In this document: positions 1 to 7,081 of the stretch, in pieces
Numbering within the stretch: the first letter of the stretch is position 1
Layout: the number at the start of each line of letters is the position of its first letter
Assembly (NCBI GenBank): GCA_050246815.1
Contig: JBFWVI010000080.1
Location: forward strand, 1 to 10,149
Source of the DNA: Bdellovibrionales bacterium
GTDB lineage: Bacteria > Bdellovibrionota > Bdellovibrionia > Bdellovibrionales > UBA1609
Reading direction: 5' to 3'
Length of the DNA: 10,149 bases
The notes under the pieces: model-generated
Databases searched by the model: none
The model's input: the letters and a program-made list of their open reading frames with translations, nothing else
What the model was told of the DNA's origin: nothing
Position numbers and translations under genes: made by a program

Positions 1-525
1 ATGCCCTATGATGTGGTGGTGGTGGATTGTTTTGCCACTGGTCATTTTGAGGCGCTGTGCATGGCGCCGGTGGGGCTGGCCGAGGCTGTTCGTTTTGGTC
101 CCATGGGTGAACACAGTCGGATGATCGTGGAAATTCTAAAAAATCAGCGCAATAGCCAAATGGTGGTGGTCACTTTGCCCGAAGAACTGCCGGTCAACGA
201 GGCCCTCGAGCTACACGGTTTTTTGGTGCAAAACTTCGTGCAAAATCCGCGTGTGGTGATCAATCGCAATCTGCCGCTACCCTTGTCCGAAGAGGAACTG
301 CAAATCGCGAAAGCCAAGTTCAAAACGCTTTCACACCCTCCTGCATGGGGCGTGGAGTTCTGCGATTACCTGAGTGAGCAGGGCTTGCGTCAAGAAGAAG
401 CCCAGCAAAAAATCCGCGCGACGACAAAAAATGTGATCGAGCTGCCGTTTTATTTTTTAAACCACTGGCCCGAACTGCTGCGGGCATTAAGCGACGACTT
501 GGAGAAAAAATGGCCTGCTGGTTAA
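1..525 (+). CDS. ArsA/Get3-family (SIMIBI) ATPase, C-terminal part; 5'-truncated by the window edge
   Basis: YDVVVVDCFATGH resembles the ArsA switch II motif (DTAPTGH/DAPATGH). VVVTLPEELPVNEA and VVINR are typical ArsA C-terminal motifs. No Walker A is visible, so the ATG at 1 is probably internal. Overlaps the next ATPase gene by 16 nt. Confidence 0.85.
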   Translation: MPYDVVVVDCFATGHFEALCMAPVGLAEAVRFGPMGEHSRMIVEILKNQRNSQMVVVTLPEELPVNEALELHGFLVQNFVQNPRVVINRNLPLPLSEEELQIAKAKFKTLSHPPAWGVEFCDYLSEQGLRQEEAQQKIRATTKNVIELPFYFLNHWPELLRALSDDLEKKWPAG

Positions 526-1586
526 AACCTTTAAAAGTCGTGGTTTGTGCTGGCACCGGTGGTGTGGGAAAAACCACCATGGCCGCCGCCATGGCATGGG
601 GCGAGGCCAACCAAGGCCGGCGAGTTTTGGTTTTGACCATCGATCCTGCACGTCGTTTGGCCGATGCCCTGGGTATTCAGCTGAAGGCGGATGAGCAAAG
701 TGTGAAGATTCCGGGCACGGGTGAATTGACCGCGGCGATGATCGATGCACAGGCTGTGTTTACCGATTTTGTTCGTCGTGCTTCGCCAAACCCGCAGGTC
801 AGCGAGCGATTGTTACATAATCGTTTATTTAAAGAACTGTCATCTTCGCTCAGCGGCTCACAGGAATTCACTTCGCTTGAGCGGCTTTTGGTGGCGGTCG
901 AAAGTGGGCGTTTTGATCTGATTGTGTTGGACACTCCGCCCACTCAACACGCCATCGATTTTCTGCGTGCGCCAGAGCGGATTTTTTCTTTGTTTCAAGA
1001 TTCTGTGACCCGCTGGTTCACGCAGCCCGATGGTCAAGGGGGAGTGTTGCGCCAGGTTTTCAACCGCGGCACCAAGACCGTTTTGAGCGCGCTCGAGCGC
1101 CTCACCGGGCGCGGTTTTTTGACGGAGCTGTCAGAATTTTTTATCGCCGCCGCCGAAATTCAAAGCACGGTCGCAGCACGCAGCATTGCCGTTCATCGTT
1201 TGCTGGCTCAAGCTGACACCGGGTTTGCCTTGGTCACGGCTTTTGACGAAGCCAAAATGAAAGAAGCCACGGATTTTGCCGCGGATTTAAGGCGCAGCGG
1301 TCATTCCCTGAAGGCCGTGATCATCAACCGTGCCCTGCCCTTGTGGCTCAAAGACGACAGTGGGGCTGCGGTTTTAGCCACGGGCGACGAAACTTTGCAA
1401 AGGCTTGAAGCCTTGCGCCTGAATATGGCCCAATACTATCATCGCCGGGACATCGGCTATACGCAGATGATCGAACGACTGCACGGCGAGGCCGTGGTTT
1501 TAAGTGTGCCCGAGGAAAAACAGAGCATCGAAGGGGTGGTGGGCCTGAGCCGCATCGCCGAACACCTGCAAGGAGAAAAAACATGA
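510..1586 (+). CDS. ArsA/Get3-family ATPase (358 aa), second subunit of a tandem pair
   Basis: P-loop CAGTGGVGKTT, switch I TIDPARRLADALG, SGSQEF, switch II DLIVLDTPPTQH, VIINR. SD GGAG at 501-504 precedes ATG 510. Confidence 0.92.
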   Translation: MACWLKPLKVVVCAGTGGVGKTTMAAAMAWGEANQGRRVLVLTIDPARRLADALGIQLKADEQSVKIPGTGELTAAMIDAQAVFTDFVRRASPNPQVSERLLHNRLFKELSSSLSGSQEFTSLERLLVAVESGRFDLIVLDTPPTQHAIDFLRAPERIFSLFQDSVTRWFTQPDGQGGVLRQVFNRGTKTVLSALERLTGRGFLTELSEFFIAAAEIQSTVAARSIAVHRLLAQADTGFALVTAFDEAKMKEATDFAADLRRSGHSLKAVIINRALPLWLKDDSGAAVLATGDETLQRLEALRLNMAQYYHRRDIGYTQMIERLHGEAVVLSVPEEKQSIEGVVGLSRIAEHLQGEKT

Positions 1587-2722
1587 CAGTCGCCAGATGG
1601 ATCTGCGCCGCCGTGGTGAGCGCAATGGCGTTGAGCGGATGCTCGAGTAACAGCATCAAGGGCTACGATCCTTCCGCAGAAAATGCCCAGGTCGAGCTAG
1701 AGCGGGCGCTCAAAAAAATGGACGAAGACCGTCCGGCGGAAGCCATTAAGATGCTTGAAAAAATTCTAGTGAAAGCGCCGGCCACTGAATTTGATTTTGT
1801 CGTGCTTTACAACTTGGGCGCCGCTCGCGAATCCACCAAGGATTGCAAAGGCGCCAGCGAAAATTATCGCGAAGTCGCACGCGGCTCGGCGGGTAAATTT
1901 CAACGGCTTGAGGCGGTTAGTTTGCTCCGGCTTAGCTACGCCTATGAGTGCATGGGCCGCGATGACAAAGTGCTGATTGCCCTGCTGGACACTCGGCGCC
2001 GTGCGCGGGCGCTGCCCGAAGACACCGCCAAAGCCGAAGTTCCGGCCCGATTGGCGGCGGCCTATGCCCGCTCTGGCAATCGGGCCGAGGCCGAAAAGTA
2101 TTTCAAAGAGGCCTTAAACGGTATCAAGTATCTGCAGGTGAAATACAAGGATTCGCGCGGTCTGGGCGACACCCTAGCGCAAACCCTTTATTTCATGGGG
2201 CGAAGCCATGTCAGCGAAGCTGATTTTTTACGAAATCCGGTGGGTCAGATCAAGGGGCTTGAATTGATGCAGCTTTATCTTTTGCAAGCCGCCGAACTCA
2301 GCAGCCCCAAGTGGTCGGGACGGGCTGTTGATGAAATTCTGGGTAATTATGCGCGGGTGTGGCGTTTGAGTGAGAAGTTAGACGTGGCCCAATCCGAAGA
2401 CAAAGCCATTCAAAAGCAACAGCGGCAAAGCCTGCGCGCGGATGTTCTAAAAGAAACTTTGCGCAGTGTGCGGGTTCTGCGTGCACAACGATTGCCCTCG
2501 CGAATTGAAACCCAAGATGTACAGCGATTGTTCAACAATCTCGAAAGCGAAGAGAGAAAAATTCTGGCGGTGCTTGGCGATCTGGGCGTGCAGACCCCCC
2601 TCACTCCCCAAGCCGAAAAACGCCAGGGTTTAAAGGCACCGGGGCGGGTCAAAAGCCCAAGCGATTCCATTTTGGAAGAAGAGGCCAAAAAACGCGCCAC
2701 GCTGCCGGCGAAAGGCCGATAG
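1583..2722 (+). CDS. Putative lipoprotein with tetratricopeptide-like helical repeats (379 aa)
   Basis: Signal peptide MTVARWICAAVVSAMA plus lipobox LSG-C20. Ser at +2 suggests outer-membrane sorting by the E. coli rule. TPR-like segments include LYNLGAARESTKDCKGASENYREV and RLAAAYARSGNRAEAEKYFKEAL. SD AGGAG at 1571-1575; ATGA overlap with the upstream stop. Confidence 0.8.
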   Translation: MTVARWICAAVVSAMALSGCSSNSIKGYDPSAENAQVELERALKKMDEDRPAEAIKMLEKILVKAPATEFDFVVLYNLGAARESTKDCKGASENYREVARGSAGKFQRLEAVSLLRLSYAYECMGRDDKVLIALLDTRRRARALPEDTAKAEVPARLAAAYARSGNRAEAEKYFKEALNGIKYLQVKYKDSRGLGDTLAQTLYFMGRSHVSEADFLRNPVGQIKGLELMQLYLLQAAELSSPKWSGRAVDEILGNYARVWRLSEKLDVAQSEDKAIQKQQRQSLRADVLKETLRSVRVLRAQRLPSRIETQDVQRLFNNLESEERKILAVLGDLGVQTPLTPQAEKRQGLKAPGRVKSPSDSILEEEAKKRATLPAKGR

Positions 2723-2724
2723 CC

Positions 2725-3480
2725 GTGGCGGCCTCACGTTTTTTTTATGGCATGTCCCTACTTGGCCGCGGTTGGCGACAGTTGAAGCGCGAACCCAGTT
2801 TGTGGTTATGGATCAGCATTCCATGGCTGCTGGATTTGACTGTGCTCTTTGCGGGATGGACAACAGGTTTGGGTTTGCTTCAGGGGTGGATTGCGGCCGT
2901 GATTGCAAAATGGGCTGCAGGTGGGTGGCTTTTTGATTTGCTTTATTATCCTTTGGTGGTGATTTTTGGTTTGGGTTTTGTGGTGGTTTGGTTGGTGGCC
3001 GTGGTGTCCATCGCTACGGTGATTGCAGCGCCGTTCAATGCACTTTTGGCCGAAAAATCCCTGCAGCGACTTGGTGTGCAGACGGTGCAGTTTGCGGGTG
3101 TTGGCGCGTGGGTGATGCATGCGCTTAAGATGATTTTTATTTCCCTGTGTAAAGCGGTGATTTTTGGCATGGCGGGGGTCTTGCTTTTTGCGGTTTCGTT
3201 TTTGCCGGGATTGAATTTGGTGGCGGCTTATTTTTCGATGTGCTTATTTTCGGCGGATGTTTTTGACTATAGCTTCGAGGCCCAGGGCCTTGGATTTCGC
3301 CAACGACTGCAGCGCTGGGGAACTTTGAAAGCCGAGATCTTCGGGCAGGGCGTGACCCTGTCGTTGACTTCATTGATACCGGGCCTTACGGTGCTGGCCT
3401 TACCGGTGGCCGTGGTGGGCGCCACAACCTTGATCGCGCAAAATGCGCAGCAGGCACAAAGTGACGTCAACAAAAGATAA
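2725..3480 (+). CDS. EI24/CysZ-family integral membrane protein (251 aa)
   Basis: Several hydrophobic segments, family-type motif IAAPFNALLAEK, FDY motif, and C-terminal IPGL...PVAVVGAT. GTG start 2 nt after the upstream stop. Confidence 0.8.
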   Translation: MAASRFFYGMSLLGRGWRQLKREPSLWLWISIPWLLDLTVLFAGWTTGLGLLQGWIAAVIAKWAAGGWLFDLLYYPLVVIFGLGFVVVWLVAVVSIATVIAAPFNALLAEKSLQRLGVQTVQFAGVGAWVMHALKMIFISLCKAVIFGMAGVLLFAVSFLPGLNLVAAYFSMCLFSADVFDYSFEAQGLGFRQRLQRWGTLKAEIFGQGVTLSLTSLIPGLTVLALPVAVVGATTLIAQNAQQAQSDVNKR

Positions 3481-4717
3481 AATTCACCAACGGATTGTGG
3501 CTCATTTAGATGAGGTCGAAAAGTGGTTCGCGCACGAAAGCCAAGGACTGTTTTTTCCATTTTATTCGAGTTTTGATGTGCGTGATTCTGGCGAAAAAAT
3601 TGTTCCTGTGGATGCCAATATTTTTCCGGCCGGGTTCAACAATATTTGCCCCACCGACCAAGAAGCCGCGGTGGAGCTGGTTGAAAAATATTTTAAATCG
3701 CACTACGCCAGCTATAAAAAAGTCATTTTACTGACCGAGGAACACACCCATAATCCATACTACTGGGACAACGTCAGTACTTTGCAAAAGCTTTTGGATG
3801 AGGCCGGGCTTGAAGTTCGTCTGGCCATTCCACGACAGCTGGCCGAGCCTTTGAAGCTGACCAGTGCCTCGGGTGTCCAAGTGACCGTGCACTCGGCCGA
3901 AAGAGTCGGCGGCAAAGTCCAGGCGGGCGGAATGACGGCAGACCTGGTGATTTCAAATAATGATTTTTCGGAAGCTTATCGCGAATGGGTCAATGGGCTT
4001 GAAACGCCGATCAATCCGCCACACGAGTTGGGTTGGCATCGTCGTCGCAAGGACGAATTTTTTCGCGAGTACAACCAATTGGCGGTGCAATTTTGCAAGC
4101 TGGTCGGCCTTGAGCCTTGGCTTTTGAGCGTTCACACAGAAGCCTTCACCGAGTTTGATATCAATGATGAGCAAAGTCGCGAGCAATTGGCCCAGCGCGT
4201 GGATCAGGTGCTGTCGAAACTGCAGGCCGATTACAAAACTCAGGGGCTGGTCACCGAACCCTTCGTTTTTATCAAAAACAATTCGGGCACCTATGGTTTG
4301 GGAGTGACGCAAGTCAACAGCGGTGATGAGGTGCGCAAGTGGAACTACAATTCACGTAAAAAAATGAAAGCGGCAAAGGGCGGCGGAGGCATCGAGCAGG
4401 TGATCATCCAAGAAGGTGTTCCCACCGTGGTCACAGCGCAGGGAGCCACTGCCGAACCCACCATTTACATGATCGGCTGTCGCTTGGCAGGAGGATTTTT
4501 ACGCACTCATGAAGCCAAAGGGCCGCGTGAAAGTTTAAACAGCCCGGGCGCGGTTTATCGACGCCTTTGTGTTTCAGATTTAAACATCAGCGTCGAAGGT
4601 CATCCAATGGAAAATGTTTATGGCTGGGTGGCCCGTCTGAGCTTTTTGGCTATTGCCCGTGAAGCTAAAAACCACCGGATCTCTTGCCCTTGTTTTGCCT
4701 CTTCAGCACAAGTCTAG
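3461..4717 (+). CDS. gshA: Glutamate-cysteine ligase, ATP-grasp (Acidithiobacillus/betaproteobacterial-type) GshA family
   Basis: Motifs PFYSSFDVRDSG.KI.PVDANIFPAGFNN, EEHTHNPYY, NNDFS, GWHRRRK, FIKNNSGTYGLGV, IIQEGV, AEPTIY and GGFLRTH...ESLNSPG. Start is ambiguous: GTG 3461 chosen, ATG 3443 is the alternative. Both overlap the upstream gene. Confidence 0.85.
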   Translation: MTSTKDKIHQRIVAHLDEVEKWFAHESQGLFFPFYSSFDVRDSGEKIVPVDANIFPAGFNNICPTDQEAAVELVEKYFKSHYASYKKVILLTEEHTHNPYYWDNVSTLQKLLDEAGLEVRLAIPRQLAEPLKLTSASGVQVTVHSAERVGGKVQAGGMTADLVISNNDFSEAYREWVNGLETPINPPHELGWHRRRKDEFFREYNQLAVQFCKLVGLEPWLLSVHTEAFTEFDINDEQSREQLAQRVDQVLSKLQADYKTQGLVTEPFVFIKNNSGTYGLGVTQVNSGDEVRKWNYNSRKKMKAAKGGGGIEQVIIQEGVPTVVTAQGATAEPTIYMIGCRLAGGFLRTHEAKGPRESLNSPGAVYRRLCVSDLNISVEGHPMENVYGWVARLSFLAIAREAKNHRISCPCFASSAQV

Positions 4718-4744
4718 GCGAAGGTCTAGGGCGATCACAAAACT

Positions 4745-4771
4745 TAATCCCGGGCGTAAAAAAGCCGACAT
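4745..4771 (+). promoter_or_regulatory. Putative sigma28 (FliA) promoter
   Basis: TAAT (4745-4748)-N15-GCCGACAT (4764-4771) versus consensus TAAA-N15-GCCGATAA; ends 9 nt before ATG 4781. Confidence 0.65.
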
Positions 4772-4780
4772 TATAAAGGT

Positions 4781-5449
4781 ATGAAGCTGAAGCAGAAATT
4801 ATTTGGCGAACAGGGCGCAATCGTATTTTTCGCGGTTGTGTTTATGGCGGCCGTTTACTCGGCCAGTTCGAACCATTTCGGGATGATCTACATTGATTTG
4901 GGTGATGGCCGCGGTCCGGCCGCAATCGGGCGTGTCTACGACGTCAGCGCGCTTGAAGGCAAAGCGCTTTCGCGCAAAGTGAATGAGCAGTTAATCGGCG
5001 AGGCCCACGTTCTAAAAGAAGGCAAAAAAATCGGCCTGGAGTTAGGCCAATTCGTCACCGAGTCAAAGGGCAAAAAAATGTTGGCCTGTTCGGTTTACGA
5101 CCGTGTGGAGCTTGTGTTTCAAAGCGAGGGCGAGGCCACCGCGGGAGAAGTGCCGCAAATGTCAGTCGAAGGTGCTTGCCGCAATTCGGCCGAAAAACTT
5201 TTGTGGATGCAGCCGATCTGGATTCCTGTTGGCGATTTGCTGCAGCGCTCGCCGGCCACTTCGGCGATTGATTTTTTTGATCAAGAGCCTGTTTCCTTAC
5301 GTTTTGAAAACTTGGGTGATCAGTGGCCACGCCGTTGGGTGCTGAACAGGTTGATTTTGCATGACGATCATCGTCCGGGCGAAAACATCACCATCGAACG
5401 CAGCGCGATTCGCGCCGCGAACCCAAAATCTCTGATTATTGAATTCTAG
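4781..5449 (+). CDS. Hypothetical membrane-anchored or exported protein (222 aa)
   Basis: Basic N-terminus, hydrophobic stretch GAIVFFAVVFMAAVYSA, then a soluble domain with two Cys (LACSVY, EGACRN). Fills the gap between gshA and pepA. Confidence 0.75.
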   Translation: MKLKQKLFGEQGAIVFFAVVFMAAVYSASSNHFGMIYIDLGDGRGPAAIGRVYDVSALEGKALSRKVNEQLIGEAHVLKEGKKIGLELGQFVTESKGKKMLACSVYDRVELVFQSEGEATAGEVPQMSVEGACRNSAEKLLWMQPIWIPVGDLLQRSPATSAIDFFDQEPVSLRFENLGDQWPRRWVLNRLILHDDHRPGENITIERSAIRAANPKSLIIEF

Positions 5450-5466
5450 ATCGAGCAAAATAGGCC

Positions 5467-6984
5467 CTAGAAGTAGCTTTTCGCCAATTCAACGAAGGTG
5501 CGCACCAGCACACCGCTTGCCCCTTTTTTGGCGATGTACGGCAAGCGGTTCGACACATTCCAGGCAGTGCCTGCGATATCAAAGTGGGCATAAGGAATTT
5601 CTTTGTCGACAAACTGCTCCAAAAACGCGGCCGCAGTGGCACTGCCTGCACCCTTGAAGCTTGAGATGTTGCTTAGATCGGCAAAGGCTCCGCGCATGTC
5701 TTCTAGGTGGTCGTCGGTAACGGGCATTTGCCACATCACTTCGCCTGCGGTTTCAGACGCATCGTAAATACGCTTCATCAATTTATTGTCGCGTGTGAAT
5801 ACGCCGGTGTGCGTATTGCCCAGCGCAACCACGATGGCGCCGGTCAAGGTGGCGGCATCGAAGATAGCCTGGGGCTTGTGTTCAGAGGCATAGGCCAAGG
5901 CATCGGCCAAAACCAAGCGGCCCTCGGCATCGGTGTTCAGCACTTCTGTGGTTTTGCCATTTCGGTGAACGAAAATGTCACCAGGTTTGACTGAACGTCC
6001 GCTGGGCATGTTTTCTGCTGCTGCGACCAGGGTCACCACATTCACTTTGGCCTTCATTTTCGCTAAGGCGAAAGTGGCGCCGATCACGGCGGCGGCGCCG
6101 CACATGTCATACTTCATCTCATCCATGGCCGCCGACGGTTTGATACTGATGCCGCCGCTATCGAAAGTCAGGCCTTTGCCAACCAAATAGATCGGTTTTT
6201 TGCCTTTGCCGGCGCCGTTGTACTGCATGATGATAAAGCGTGGATCCTCTTCAGACCCTTGGCCCACGCCCCACAGTCCGCCGAAATTTTCTTTTTCAAT
6301 TTTGGCCTTGTCCCAGACGCTGACTTTGATTTTGCTGTTCTTTGCTTTTTCTTGCACGCGTTTGGCCAAGATCGTCGGAGTTAAAGTGTTGGCGGCATGG
6401 TCGCCCAGCCAGCGCGCGTAGTTGGTCTCGGTGGCCAGGACCTCGCCTTCGTCAAAGGCAGCTTCGACGGTTTTGTTCAATGTTTTGGTTTCAACTGCGA
6501 CTTCGCTTGGTTTGGGGTCCTTTTTGTCTTCGGGTTTCTTGGGTTTTGATTTGTAATCGGTGAATTCATAGCTAACCAGGTGCAGGGCTTCGGCCACAGC
6601 GCGAGTCACGCCAGCGGTATCGCGAGTGACTTTAAGCAGGCTGTCCAAATCCAAAATGGCGCGGGATACTTTTTGTGCCGACAAAGCTTTCATTGCCACG
6701 GCCACGGCCACGCGCGCGTCTTCGGCTGAGAGGTTGCGACCGTCGCCCAGACCAACGGCAAGCAGGTGTTTGTAGCCTGCGGCATTGGTTTGGCGAAAAA
6801 ATACCGATTCTTTGCGCTTTCCGCTAAATGCCTCGTCCTCGGATGCGCTTTGCAGCAATTGGGCAACCGCTTTGTCTAATTTTGGCATTGATAGTTTTTT
6901 AGAGTTGTCGAAAGCCGAGACGAAAAAGACCAAAGTCTGGTTGTCAGCAGGTTTTGTGGCGGATTTTCTTAAAGTTACCTTCAT
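5467..6984 (-). CDS. pepA: Leucyl (cytosol) aminopeptidase, M17 family (505 aa)
   Basis: Motifs VGKGLTFDSGG, KYDMCG, NTDAEGRL, ATLTGA and HFDIAG. Start moved from 7116 to ATG 6984 (MKVTLRKS), which has the SD-like AGAGGT 9 nt upstream. Confidence 0.95.
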   Translation of the reverse strand: MKVTLRKSATKPADNQTLVFFVSAFDNSKKLSMPKLDKAVAQLLQSASEDEAFSGKRKESVFFRQTNAAGYKHLLAVGLGDGRNLSAEDARVAVAVAMKALSAQKVSRAILDLDSLLKVTRDTAGVTRAVAEALHLVSYEFTDYKSKPKKPEDKKDPKPSEVAVETKTLNKTVEAAFDEGEVLATETNYARWLGDHAANTLTPTILAKRVQEKAKNSKIKVSVWDKAKIEKENFGGLWGVGQGSEEDPRFIIMQYNGAGKGKKPIYLVGKGLTFDSGGISIKPSAAMDEMKYDMCGAAAVIGATFALAKMKAKVNVVTLVAAAENMPSGRSVKPGDIFVHRNGKTTEVLNTDAEGRLVLADALAYASEHKPQAIFDAATLTGAIVVALGNTHTGVFTRDNKLMKRIYDASETAGEVMWQMPVTDDHLEDMRGAFADLSNISSFKGAGSATAAAFLEQFVDKEIPYAHFDIAGTAWNVSNRLPYIAKKGASGVLVRTFVELAKSYF

Positions 6985-7018
6985 AAAGACAAGACCTCTT
7001 TCTGATGCGGGATGACTT

Positions 7019-7047
7019 GTTCTAGTTAAACCCCCTCGGCGGGTCAA
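7019..7047 (-). promoter_or_regulatory. Possible sigma70-type promoter for pepA
   Basis: Minus strand reads TTGACC (7047-7042)-N17-TAGAAC (7024-7019); the -10 lacks the conserved final T. Confidence 0.35.
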
Positions 7048-7081
7048 GTTGACCTCGCAAAATCCCGACAAGTCACTTGTC
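7042..7081. promoter_or_regulatory. Two perfect dyads, candidate operators, in the pepA/clpP divergent region
   Basis: GGTCAA-G-TTGACC (7042-7054) and GACAAGT-C-ACTTGTC (7067-7081). Confidence 0.4.

Noticed and set aside
1..1586. Arsenic-resistance operon
   Set aside because: No pump, reductase or regulator in the window, and no evident metalloid-binding Cys cluster in the visible sequence.
2715..2722. GCCGATAG, a sigma28 -10-like octamer just before the EI24/CysZ gene
   Set aside because: No TAAA-like -35 at 15 nt (GCCA is found), and it coincides with the last codons and stop of the upstream gene.
2739..2746. T8 tract near the start of the EI24/CysZ gene as a phase-variation site
   Set aside because: Short, in frame (Arg-Phe-Phe-Tyr), and A/T runs are common throughout the window.
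6500..6560. Lys/Pro-rich stretch KSKPKKPEDKKDPKP in PepA as a repeat or insertion element
   Set aside because: It falls in the variable interdomain linker of M17 peptidases and shows no clean nucleotide-level repeat.
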